From positions 1 to 36,927 of the forward strand of contig JALPYG010000003.1 in NCBI GenBank assembly GCA_023271215.1: a stretch of 36,927 nucleotides of DNA, given 5' to 3'. The DNA comes from Dehalococcoidia bacterium. GTDB lineage: Bacteria; Chloroflexota; Dehalococcoidia; SZUA-161; SpSt-899. The translations under genes were made by a program, and so were the position numbers. The notes beneath the pieces are model-generated. The model saw nothing but the letters and a program-made list of their open reading frames with translations, had not been told where the DNA came from and did not search any database. Every line of letters starts with the position of its first letter. Position 1 is the first letter of the stretch. Of the stretch, positions 17,388 through 25,828 are shown in pieces.

Positions 17388-20300
17388 ATGGAGACAAGAA
17401 CCGGAGTTTACATCTGCCACTGCGGGCTGAACATCGCCGCCACGGTAAATCCGGGGGAGGTAGCGGGAGATGCCGCATCCCTTCGTGACGTGGTGGTGGC
17501 CCGTGATTATATGTTCATGTGCTCTGATCCGGGGCAGGAGCTGATCATGAAGGATATCAAGGAGCAGGGCCTTAACCGGGTAGTGGTGGCCTCATGCTCG
17601 CCGATGCTCCATGAGCGCACCTTCCGCCGTGTCTGCCAGGAGGCGGGTTTGAACCCCTATCTCTTCAAGATGGCCAACATCCGCGAGCATTGCAGTTGGG
17701 TACATAAGGATGGGGCCACGGAGAAGGCGAAGGCACTTGTACGGGCGGCGGTACTGCGGGGGCATTATCAGGAACCTCTACAGACGATGGAAGTTCCCAT
17801 TAACCCGAACACGCTGGTTGTTGGTGGAGGCATTGCAGGGATACAGGCGGCCTTAGACATCGCCATTGCCGGTTATAAGGTCTACCTGGTGGAGCAGGAG
17901 CCCTCGATTGGGGGGCACATGATACAACTGGACAAGACCTTCCCCACGCTTGACTGCTCGGCGTGCATCACCACCCCTAAGATGAGCGATGCGGGCTCAC
18001 ACCCGAACATTGAGCTGCTGACCTACAGTGAGGTAACGGAGGTAGCGGGCTACATCGGCAATTTCACCGTCAAGATAAAGAGGAAATCGAGGTATGTCGA
18101 TGAGAGCAAGTGTAACGGGTGTGGCCTGTGTTTCGCGGGATGTCCGGTGGTGATGGGAAACGAGTTCGATCTGGGTCTGAGGGAGCGCAAGGCGATCTAC
18201 GTGCCCTTTCCGCAGGCGGTGCCCAACAAAGCGGTGATAGATAAGCGCGAGGAGCGACTCTGCAAGGCTGCCTGTGTGGATGCCTGCCCGATCTCGACCA
18301 ATGTACTGGGTTACATCAAGCTGATTGCTGAGGGGAAGTTTAAGGAATCATACGAGCTTATAAGGGCAACCAATCCGCTTCCGGCGGTTTGCGGCCGGAT
18401 TTGCTACGCCCCCTGCCAGGAGGCCTGCAACCGGGGGCAGATCGACGAGCATGTGGCTATTTGCGATCTCAAGAGATTTGCCACCGATCAGGTGGATATC
18501 GCTAAGCTTGAAGTCCCCCAAATCACGGCGACGGGCAAAAGGGTGGCGGTTATCGGATCGGGGCCTGCCGGGCTGGCGGCGGCCAATGACCTTGCCCTAG
18601 AGGGGCATGGAGTGACCGTCTTTGAAGCCCTGCCCGAACCCGGGGGCATGCTTCGCTATGCCATCCCGGAGTATCGTCTTCCCCGGGAGCTTCTTCGCCA
18701 GGAGATAGATTACATCCGCAGGCTGGGGGTGGAGATAAGAACGGGGGTTGAGGTGGGAAAGGACATCTCCCTTGCCGAGGTAAGAAATGAATACCAGGCG
18801 GTCTTCATCTCCGCCGGTGCACAGGGGGGGATGAGGTTAGGGGTGGAGGGAGAGGATCTCCCCGGGGTGATGGAGGGCATCAGGTTCCTTCGGGAGGTAA
18901 ACCTTTCCGAGTTTCGAGTTCCGAGTTCCGAGGTGGGGGGTGGGGACTCAGCACTCAGTACTCAGCACTCGGTACTCGGTCGGGTGGCGGTGATTGGGGG
19001 AGGCAATACGGCTGTTGACTGCGCTCGGACGGCCAGGCGCCTTGGAGGGGAGGAGGTGAGGATCATCTACCGTCGCTCCCGGGCCGAGATGCCGGCCTCA
19101 AGCGAAGAGGTAACTGCGGTGGAGGAGGAAGGGATAGGGATAGATTTTCTGACGGCACCGGTGCGATTTCTCTCTGAGGACGGGAGACTCACGGGGATAG
19201 AGTGCATCAGGATGAAGCTCGGGGAGCCGGATGCCAGTGGCCGGGCCCGTCCGGTCCCCATTGAGGGGTCGGAGTTCAGGATGGGTGTGGATACGGTGAT
19301 AGCTGCTCTGGGACAGGTGCCGGAGACCGGATTCGTCCGGGAACTCGGGATATCACTGGGGAAGACGGGCACGATAGCGATCGATGCCCGTACCGGGGCG
19401 ACGAGCATCGAAGGGGTATTTGCCGGGGGGGACGTGGTGACCGGACCTGCCTTTGCCATCGATGCCATCGCTGCGGGGAAGAGGGCGGCGCGTTCGATAG
19501 GCCGCTATCTGAATGGCGAGCCGATGGAGGTTGAGGAAGAGGAGGGTAAGCCGGAGAGGCTCTCCGAGGAGGAGGTCAAGTCATTAAAGGAACAGTTTCC
19601 AGCGGAGAAGCGGGTGGAGATGGGGGAGGAACCGGTAAAAGAGAGGGTTGCTGACTTCCGAGAGGTAGCCCTGGGGTATACTGAGTCGGAGGCAGTTGGG
19701 GAGGCTTCACGGTGTCTTGCAGGGCAGATAGAGGGATGTATCGAGTGCCGGGAGTGCGAGAGGCGGTGTGAGCCCGGAGCGATCAATTATGAGATGAAGG
19801 ATGAAACTATCCAGGTGGAGGTGGGGAGCATCATCCTGGCCACTGGTTACGATCAGTTCGATCCCTCGGGTATACCGGAATACGGGTATGGAAGGTATGA
19901 GAACGTTATCACCGGGTTGGAATTTGAGCGGCTCTCAAATGCTGCCGGGCCGACGGCGGGGCAGATACTGCTGAAGAATGGCCGGCCACCCCGGAGTGTA
20001 GCCATTATTCATTGTGTGGGCAGCCGGGATAAGAACTTTCACGAGTACTGTTCCCGGGTTTGCTGCATGTATGCTTTGAAATTTGCGCATCTGATCAGGG
20101 AGAAGACCGATGCCGAAGTATATCAACTGTACATTGACATGCGATGTTTTGGGGAGGGGTACGAGGAATTTTACGAGCGTGTGGGGACCGAGGACGGGGT
20201 GAACTTTATCCGGGGGAAGGCGTCGCGGGTAACCGACCAGGCTTTGAACGAGGAGGAGGAAGGGAAGCTCATCGTCTGCGTGGAAGATACGCTGCTGGGC

Positions 20301-20813
20301 AGTTTCATGCGGGTGCCGGTGGAGATGGTGATTCTTTGCACTGCGCTGGAGCCGAGGGCGAACACGGAGGAGATGGCCCGGCTCTTCTCCATCGGGCAGA
20401 GAGCGGATGGATTCTTCCTGGAGAGGCATGTCAAGCTTGCCCCAATAGCGACCACGACCGAGGGGCTGTTCGTTGCCGGGTGCTGCGAAGGCCCGCGGGA
20501 CATCCCGGACACGGTGGCTCAAGCTAAGGCGGCCGCTTCCGATGTGTTGAGTCTGCTGGCACGGGGCAAGGTGGAGATCGAGCCCATCGTTGCCTCGGTG
20601 GACGAGGAGATCTGCGCCGGCTGCGGTCTGTGTGAGAAGATATGCTCCTATAGTGCGCCCTCGATTGACAGGCTTCGGAGAGTGACGGTGGTCAATCAGG
20701 CTCTGTGTAAGGGTTGCGGTGCCTGTGCCGTCACCTGCCCTTCAGGGGCGATGAGCTTAAGCCATTTCACTCGTCGCCAGATACTGGAGGAAGTGGAGGC
20801 CTTGGTCTATTAG
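17388..20813 (+). CDS. HdrA-like flavoprotein with inserted GltD/NfnB-type NAD(P)H oxidoreductase module (HdrL-like)
   Basis: HdrA N-terminus (GVYICHCG, NIREHCSWVH, LDKTFPTLDCSAC), then CGRICYAPCQEACNR, GSGPAGL, GGGNTAVD...YRRS, FAGGD, then HdrA C-terminal half (HCVGSRD, YCSRVCC); ATG 17388. Confidence 0.88.
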   Translation: METRTGVYICHCGLNIAATVNPGEVAGDAASLRDVVVARDYMFMCSDPGQELIMKDIKEQGLNRVVVASCSPMLHERTFRRVCQEAGLNPYLFKMANIREHCSWVHKDGATEKAKALVRAAVLRGHYQEPLQTMEVPINPNTLVVGGGIAGIQAALDIAIAGYKVYLVEQEPSIGGHMIQLDKTFPTLDCSACITTPKMSDAGSHPNIELLTYSEVTEVAGYIGNFTVKIKRKSRYVDESKCNGCGLCFAGCPVVMGNEFDLGLRERKAIYVPFPQAVPNKAVIDKREERLCKAACVDACPISTNVLGYIKLIAEGKFKESYELIRATNPLPAVCGRICYAPCQEACNRGQIDEHVAICDLKRFATDQVDIAKLEVPQITATGKRVAVIGSGPAGLAAANDLALEGHGVTVFEALPEPGGMLRYAIPEYRLPRELLRQEIDYIRRLGVEIRTGVEVGKDISLAEVRNEYQAVFISAGAQGGMRLGVEGEDLPGVMEGIRFLREVNLSEFRVPSSEVGGGDSALSTQHSVLGRVAVIGGGNTAVDCARTARRLGGEEVRIIYRRSRAEMPASSEEVTAVEEEGIGIDFLTAPVRFLSEDGRLTGIECIRMKLGEPDASGRARPVPIEGSEFRMGVDTVIAALGQVPETGFVRELGISLGKTGTIAIDARTGATSIEGVFAGGDVVTGPAFAIDAIAAGKRAARSIGRYLNGEPMEVEEEEGKPERLSEEEVKSLKEQFPAEKRVEMGEEPVKERVADFREVALGYTESEAVGEASRCLAGQIEGCIECRECERRCEPGAINYEMKDETIQVEVGSIILATGYDQFDPSGIPEYGYGRYENVITGLEFERLSNAAGPTAGQILLKNGRPPRSVAIIHCVGSRDKNFHEYCSRVCCMYALKFAHLIREKTDAEVYQLYIDMRCFGEGYEEFYERVGTEDGVNFIRGKASRVTDQALNEEEEGKLIVCVEDTLLGSFMRVPVEMVILCTALEPRANTEEMARLFSIGQRADGFFLERHVKLAPIATTTEGLFVAGCCEGPRDIPDTVAQAKAAASDVLSLLARGKVEIEPIVASVDEEICAGCGLCEKICSYSAPSIDRLRRVTVVNQALCKGCGACAVTCPSGAMSLSHFTRRQILEEVEALVY
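18905..18978. repeat. Heptamer-palindrome element in frame within the HdrA/GltD fusion
   Basis: (CCGAGTT)n + GGTGGGGGGTGGGG + (ACTCAG(C/T))n; encodes SEFRVPSSEVGGGDSALSTQHSVL. Confidence 0.85.
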
Positions 20814-20855
20814 CCCCTAGAATCTGAAGTCTTGCGCCAAATGGCCAAATAGCCA

Positions 20856-21327
20856 ACCACGGAGACACCGAGGCACTGAGAAAGCACAAAAGGGTTTATG
20901 CACTAATGTTATATGAAGGGGGTCTAACAGAAAAAAATAGTTGGGGCGGCGATTGAAGTACATCGTCATTTGGGGCCAGGGCTATTGGAATCCGCTTACG
21001 AAGAGTGTTTATGTCGTGAACTGGAATTACGAGGACTTTCCTTTGAACGACAAAAGCCTCTCCCACTGGAATACAAAGGCATTAAGTTAGATTGCGGTTA
21101 TCGGATTGATGTAATAGTTGAGAGTAAAGTGGTTCTGGAGTTAAAGTGTGTAGATGCCATCGCGCCTGTTCACGCAGCACAATTGTTAACATACTTGCGA
21201 CTTTCTGCTCTCAAAGTAGGCTTGATTCTCAATTTTCATGTTGCGGTGATGAAAGATGGGATTAAAAGATTGGTGCTATAACAGCGACAAACACAAACAA
21301 TTCTCCGCGTCTCTGTGCCTCTGTGGT
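20856..21327. mobile_element. GxxExxY cassette bounded by imperfect 27-bp inverted repeats
   Basis: ACCACGGAGACACCGAGGCACTGAGAA (20856-20882) vs reverse complement of 21301-21327, 21/27 identical, built from 8-mer units; mobility is inferred. Confidence 0.55.
20906..21281 (+). pseudogene. GxxExxY protein (PD-(D/E)XK-like) with a +1 frameshift
   Basis: [36 protein letters not shown] 20906 (MLYEGGLTE) joins [16 protein letters not shown] only if the A7 run at 20931-20937 is A6. Confidence 0.8.
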
Positions 21328-21374
21328 GGATAGCCACAATTTTGGGTCCGGCTTGTCCGGGATAGGAGGATAAA

Positions 21375-22145
21375 ATGGAGTATCGGGAAATAATCCTGCT
21401 GAAGCAGGGCGAAATGGCCAGGATCACCATCAACCGACCCCCGGTTAACGTGATGACCTTGAACACCATAGCCGAGCTGAACCAGGCACTAGGGGGATTG
21501 AGGGAAGATCCCGAGGTCAAGGTGGTGATCATCCGGGGAAGCGGGGAGCGGGCCTTCTCCGCTGGCGTGGAGGTGGCCGACCATCTGGGCGAGAAGTTGC
21601 CCCTGATGTTGGAGGAGTTTGGCCGGTTGTTCAAGTCGTTGAGGAACGTAGGCAAACCGGTCGTCGCCGTGGTAAATGGCATCGCTTTGGGCGGCGGCTG
21701 CGAACTGGTGGCCGGGTGCGATATGGCTATCGCCTCGGAGAAAGCTCAGTTCGGTCAGCCGGAGATAAAGCTGGGTGTGAACCCTCCGCCGGCAAGCGTG
21801 CTTTTCCCCAGGCTCATAGGGATGAAAAAGGCCCTGGAGTTGATCCTCACCGGCGATTCCATAGATGCGTGGGAGGCGCAGAGGATAGGTCTGGTGAACA
21901 AAGTGGTCCCTCACGAGGAACTGGACCAGGCTGCCGAGGAATTCGCCGGCCGGCTTCTGGAGAAGAGCGGGTACATACTGAAGTTGACCCGGGGGGCCAT
22001 CTACGAGGTTAGCGAGATAAGCGACTACGAGAAGGCCCTCGACCTTATGACCTACCGGTCGCGTAAGATCATGGAGTCTGAGGACGCCGTCGAGGGACTG
22101 ACCTCTTTCATCGAAAAGCGCAAGCCGGTCTGGAAAAACCGGTGA
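21375..22145 (+). CDS. Crotonase-family enoyl-CoA hydratase, probably cyclohexa-1,5-dienoyl-CoA hydratase (Dch/BamR-like)
   Basis: AFSAGVEVADH, ALGGGCEL, FGQPEIKLG, EGLTSFIEKRKP; SD AGGAGG; substrate inferred from operon context. Confidence 0.8.
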   Translation: MEYREIILLKQGEMARITINRPPVNVMTLNTIAELNQALGGLREDPEVKVVIIRGSGERAFSAGVEVADHLGEKLPLMLEEFGRLFKSLRNVGKPVVAVVNGIALGGGCELVAGCDMAIASEKAQFGQPEIKLGVNPPPASVLFPRLIGMKKALELILTGDSIDAWEAQRIGLVNKVVPHEELDQAAEEFAGRLLEKSGYILKLTRGAIYEVSEISDYEKALDLMTYRSRKIMESEDAVEGLTSFIEKRKPVWKNR

Positions 22146-23306
22146 TGGCAAGTATAATAGACGAACTGGAGCCCATCTTTAATCCCCGAAGCATCGCCGT
22201 GATAGGAGCCTCAGATAATCCCGCTAAGCTGGGCTATCACTGCATGAAGAGCCTGAAAGAGAGCGGGCTTCAGTCCATACATCCCATAAATCCGCGCTCT
22301 TCGGAGATCTGGGGATTTCCGGCCTATCCCTCGCTGAGAGAGGTACATCAGGAAATCGACCTGGCTATCGTGATTGTGCCGGCCTCTGCGGTTCCTTCAG
22401 CAATAGAGGACTGTGCCCGGAAGGGGATAAAGGGCATTGTCCTTATGACTGGCGGATTCAGGGAAGCGGAAGACCCGGCGAGGGCCGAGCTTCAGGATGA
22501 GATAGCTTCGCTGGCCGTCAAGAGTGGAATCAGGGTGATCGGCCCCAACACATTTGGATTTGTCAATCTCTCGGTCCATCTGAATGCCTCCTTTACCCCG
22601 GAATTCCTCGCCACCCGAAGGGGCAACATAAGCCTCATAAGTCAGAGCGGCGGGGTATGCCACCTTCTGTCCCCCTTGCTGATGGAATCGGAGAGGGTGA
22701 TAGGTTTCTCCAAGATTGTGGGCCTGGGCAACCGGTGCAATCTTGATTTTGCCGACGTGCTGGAGTACCTGGCGGTGGACCCGGAGACCAGGGTGATCCT
22801 GATGTATCTCGAGGGGATAGATGATGCTCGCAGGCTTATCGAGGTTGCCCGGCGAGTGGCGCCCCAAAAGCCCATAGTAGCCTTCAAGTCAGGAAAGACG
22901 ACCACTGCGGACAGAGCGGCTTATTCTCGTACCGGTTCCCTGGCTGGAAAGCACGAGGTCTATCTCGCCGCTTTCAGGCAGGCCGGCATCCTGTTAGCGA
23001 GCGATTTCGAGGAATTGCTGGATATCTGACCCGAACATTGATGCCCTCTTGTTTCTCTCTGCCTATGCCTCAGCCAACGAGCCCGTAATCAGAGCGCTCG
23101 CTGCAGTGTTGAAGGAGGAGATCGAGGCTCGCCGGAAGCCGATCCTCACCTGCTTCCCGGCACCGCTGGGAATCTGGGAGGAAAGGGTCGAGCTGGAGGA
23201 GAGCGGCATTCCGGTTTATGCTACGCCGGAGAGGGCGGCTAGATCTCTGGCAGGTTTGGTCTGCTACGGGGATATCCCGGCTTTGGCGCTATTCACGAAA
23301 ACTTGA
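22142..23306 (+). pseudogene. ADP-forming acyl-CoA ligase alpha subunit, disrupted
   Basis: SIAVIGAS, IGPNTFG, ISQSGG, YLEG; the phospho-His motif SHTGSLAG reads SRTGSLAG (CGT 22928-22930); stop at 23027-23029 jumps to DPNIDALLFL...IPVYATPERAA in another frame (internal deletion). Confidence 0.8.
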
Positions 23307-24372
23307 ACCTCCCATATTTTTCCACCATTTTTTGGTCAATGGAAGGTCCCGTCTTGTGGATAACCTCCGCTAAGTCTCTCATTTCCACATCCCTTGCAAT
23401 GCCGGTCTGGATATTCTCTCTAAAGGGGATCAGCGAGGCTTTAAGGCAGATCTGCCTTATGTCCGCGCCGCTACGACCCTCGGTCATCTGTGCCAGGTTG
23501 TCGAAATCAATATCCTCTGCCAGCGGCTTTCCCTGGAGATTCAATTCAAAAATCTTTTTCCTCGCCTGAGAATCAGGGGGAGGAACGTAGATAGTCTCGT
23601 CAAATCTTCCCGGTCTAAGGGCGGCATGGTCAATGCTCCATGGCTCGTTGGTCGCTCCGATGAAGAGGAGGTTCTCATTTTTCGACTCCATCCCCTCCAT
23701 CTCCGCCAAAATCTGAGGAACAACCCGTTGCATCACCGTAGACCCGGAATCCTTCCTCTTTGGAATCAGTGCTTCAACCTCGTCAATAAAAATCACCGCT
23801 CTCTTCTGATTCCTCGCCGAAGAAAACAGCTTCGCTATATTCTGCTCACTCTCCCCGACCCACTTGCTCATAATTTCGCTCGGCTTTATGCTGAAGAATA
23901 CCGCATCCACTTCATTGGCAACCGCCTTTGCGATGTAAGTCTTGCCTGTGCCAGGGGGACCGTAGAGCAAGATTCCTCCCCCGGATCCGATCCCAAACCT
24001 CTTCGCCTCTTCAGGATATAGAAAAGGATAGATTATCTTGTTCTTGATCTCCTCTTTTATATTCTCCAGTCCTGCCACGTCGTCGAAGGTTACGGCAGGT
24101 CGTTCCTGCAAGATGAATTCTGCACCTTCTCCCCTTCCCGCAGCAGCCTCCTTTTCCTTAAGAGTGATAGACTTTGCCTTCTCCAGGAGTTTCTGGGCGT
24201 TTTCAACCCTTATCAACTTCACCCTCCCCTGCGATTCGGAAGACGCATTAAAGAGTTGTCTGCTCGCCTGCAGGTAATAGTCTCTGGCTTTTCGCAACTC
24301 GCTTTGCGCTTCCGCCTTCATTGCCTCGGCGATACATTCTTCGGCTTTTTGAAGAAATACGTCAATGCTCAT
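23293..24372 (-). CDS. Vps4/CdvC-like AAA+ ATPase with N-terminal MIT-like domain
   Basis: ~70-aa helical N-terminus (AEECIAEAMKAEAQSELRKARDYYLQAS), single AAA module: VTFDDVAGL, GPPGTGKT, SKWVGESE, IFIDEVE, GATNEPW, C-terminal GPSIDQKMVEKY helix. Confidence 0.8.
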   Translation of the reverse strand: MSIDVFLQKAEECIAEAMKAEAQSELRKARDYYLQASRQLFNASSESQGRVKLIRVENAQKLLEKAKSITLKEKEAAAGRGEGAEFILQERPAVTFDDVAGLENIKEEIKNKIIYPFLYPEEAKRFGIGSGGGILLYGPPGTGKTYIAKAVANEVDAVFFSIKPSEIMSKWVGESEQNIAKLFSSARNQKRAVIFIDEVEALIPKRKDSGSTVMQRVVPQILAEMEGMESKNENLLFIGATNEPWSIDHAALRPGRFDETIYVPPPDSQARKKIFELNLQGKPLAEDIDFDNLAQMTEGRSGADIRQICLKASLIPFRENIQTGIARDVEMRDLAEVIHKTGPSIDQKMVEKYGRFKFS

Positions 24373-24375
24373 CGC

Positions 24376-24975
24376 CTACCCCTTCCGCATCATGTCCTCG
24401 ACTTCCTTGATACCCCTGGAAATCCTCTCATCCAGGCCCTTTTCCTCAGTCTCTACCTCCCCTTCCATCGTTTTTACAATTTCGTTAATGTCTCTATCAG
24501 AGAAACCTTCGGCACTCAAGATACCCTCGCTGGCCATGTCTAAAGTAGTGGACAACGCCTCGTCGATGCCCTCTGCCTGTGCCATCGCCTTCTCAAACTC
24601 CACCTGCATGCCGGCGATCTTTTCTACATCTGGGCCTTCGGTAATGGACTCGCTTATGTCCTTAGCAAAGGTTACAAAATCCCCGGAGATCTTGACCATC
24701 TCCCGTTGAAGTCTGGCCTCGTCCATCAGCAGGAGCATCCGCTGTCCCTTTCTTATCCGTTCCTGCAAGACCAGATATTTGGCAGCCTGCCTCTTCAAAA
24801 ACTTCTCTTCATTTAGTCTAGCTGCCTGCCTTCCCTGATCGTATATCGTCTTTTGCAGGTCCATCAGCTTCGAGATGTAGCCTTTAACCCTTGCTTTCGC
24901 CTTCCTGTACCTTATCTCCCTCTCGATCTCCTTCTCTTCCCTTGATTTTCCCTTCAACTTTTTCAATATGCCCAT
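24376..24975 (-). CDS. ESCRT-III/Snf7-superfamily-like protein (Vps2/Did2/CdvB type)
   Basis: 199 aa, predicted all-helical, basic N-half and acidic C-half, amphipathic MGILKKLKG start, DVEKIAGMQVEFEKAMAQAEGIDEALSTTLD, MIM1-like end LDERISRGIKEVEDMMRKG; SD AAGGAG; ends 3 bp before the ATPase start. Confidence 0.7.
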   Translation of the reverse strand: MGILKKLKGKSREEKEIEREIRYRKAKARVKGYISKLMDLQKTIYDQGRQAARLNEEKFLKRQAAKYLVLQERIRKGQRMLLLMDEARLQREMVKISGDFVTFAKDISESITEGPDVEKIAGMQVEFEKAMAQAEGIDEALSTTLDMASEGILSAEGFSDRDINEIVKTMEGEVETEEKGLDERISRGIKEVEDMMRKG

Positions 24976-24994
24976 TCTTTCACTCCTTTACGAG

Positions 24995-25123
24995 GTTCCA
25001 GGTTGACGGGTTTACGGTTCACGGTTCACGGTTCTGCATAGTCTAGAGTCTAGAGTCTAGAGTCTAGAGTTCCCCGCTCCACCCCTACCTTCAACCTTCA
25101 GCCTTCAGCCTATCCACCTGAGT
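24995..25123. repeat. Composite heptamer arrays (GGTTCAC)n, (TAGAGTC)4, C-rich core, (CCTTCA(G/A))n
   Basis: Directly visible; the right part encodes the PP2C tail ATQVDRLKAEG and its stop; CTACTCAGG terminus on the minus strand. Confidence 0.8.
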
Positions 25124-25828
25124 AGCCAGGATTACAGTTATATTGTCCCTTCCGTTCGTTTCTTTCGCAGAGTTTATGAGCTTCTCGCAGGCTTCATCGA
25201 GGTCTTTTGAACTTATTATAATTCGCCTTATTTCTTCACCCCGTAAGGAATCTGTCAAGCCATCAGAGCACAACAACAGATATTGACCACAAATCCGGAT
25301 CTCGTAGAGGTCAGGTTTTATATCGGCATCCGTTCCCATCACCCTGGTAATGATATTCTTTTCCGGATGATCAAACGCCTCCTCTTCTGAGATAATACCT
25401 CTATCCACCAGTTCTTGAACGAAGGAATGGTCCTTGGTCTGCTGCTTTATCTCCTCTCCTATCAGATAAGCCCTGCTGTCGCCTATATTTGCGATCACAC
25501 ATCTTTCTTCTTCAATCAAGGCAGCCACCAGCGTTGTGCCCATATTACTATAGTCTGGATTTTCCCGGGCTAAACTGTATATCTCCCTATTTGTCTTCTC
25601 AAAAGCCTGCTGAAGCAGCATCCTGAAGTCAGTAATCCCCTCGCTAAATCCTTTGTTCACCGCCTCTTCTAGCTCTATCACTGCCAGCCCACTGGCAATC
25701 TCGCCGGCGCTGTGCCCGCCCAGACCGTCGGCAACGGCAAGGAGGTAAATGTCGCCGAAGCGCGTTACCGCAAGGCTATCCTCGTTATTTGCTCTCTTCC
25801 CGCTGTCAGTAAGAGATGCTATCTTCAT
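25091..25828 (-). CDS. PP2C/PrpC-type Ser/Thr protein phosphatase
   Basis: GKRANNED, AVADGLGGH, MGTT, ANIGDSRAY, TKDHS, LLCSDGL, GRDNITV. Confidence 0.92.
   Translation of the reverse strand: MKIASLTDSGKRANNEDSLAVTRFGDIYLLAVADGLGGHSAGEIASGLAVIELEEAVNKGFSEGITDFRMLLQQAFEKTNREIYSLARENPDYSNMGTTLVAALIEEERCVIANIGDSRAYLIGEEIKQQTKDHSFVQELVDRGIISEEEAFDHPEKNIITRVMGTDADIKPDLYEIRICGQYLLLCSDGLTDSLRGEEIRRIIISSKDLDEACEKLINSAKETNGRDNITVILATQVDRLKAEG

Noticed and set aside
23293-24372. FtsH, Cdc48 or proteasomal ATPase
   Set aside because: No TM or protease domain, only one AAA module, and no OB/coiled-coil N-domain.
24376-24975. PspA/Vipp1 or a generic coiled-coil protein
   Set aside because: It lacks the PspA N-terminal pattern (R...ii.an.n..ld..EDP), and its motifs and MIT-ATPase neighbour fit the Snf7/Vps2 side better. 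Not excluded without a profile search.
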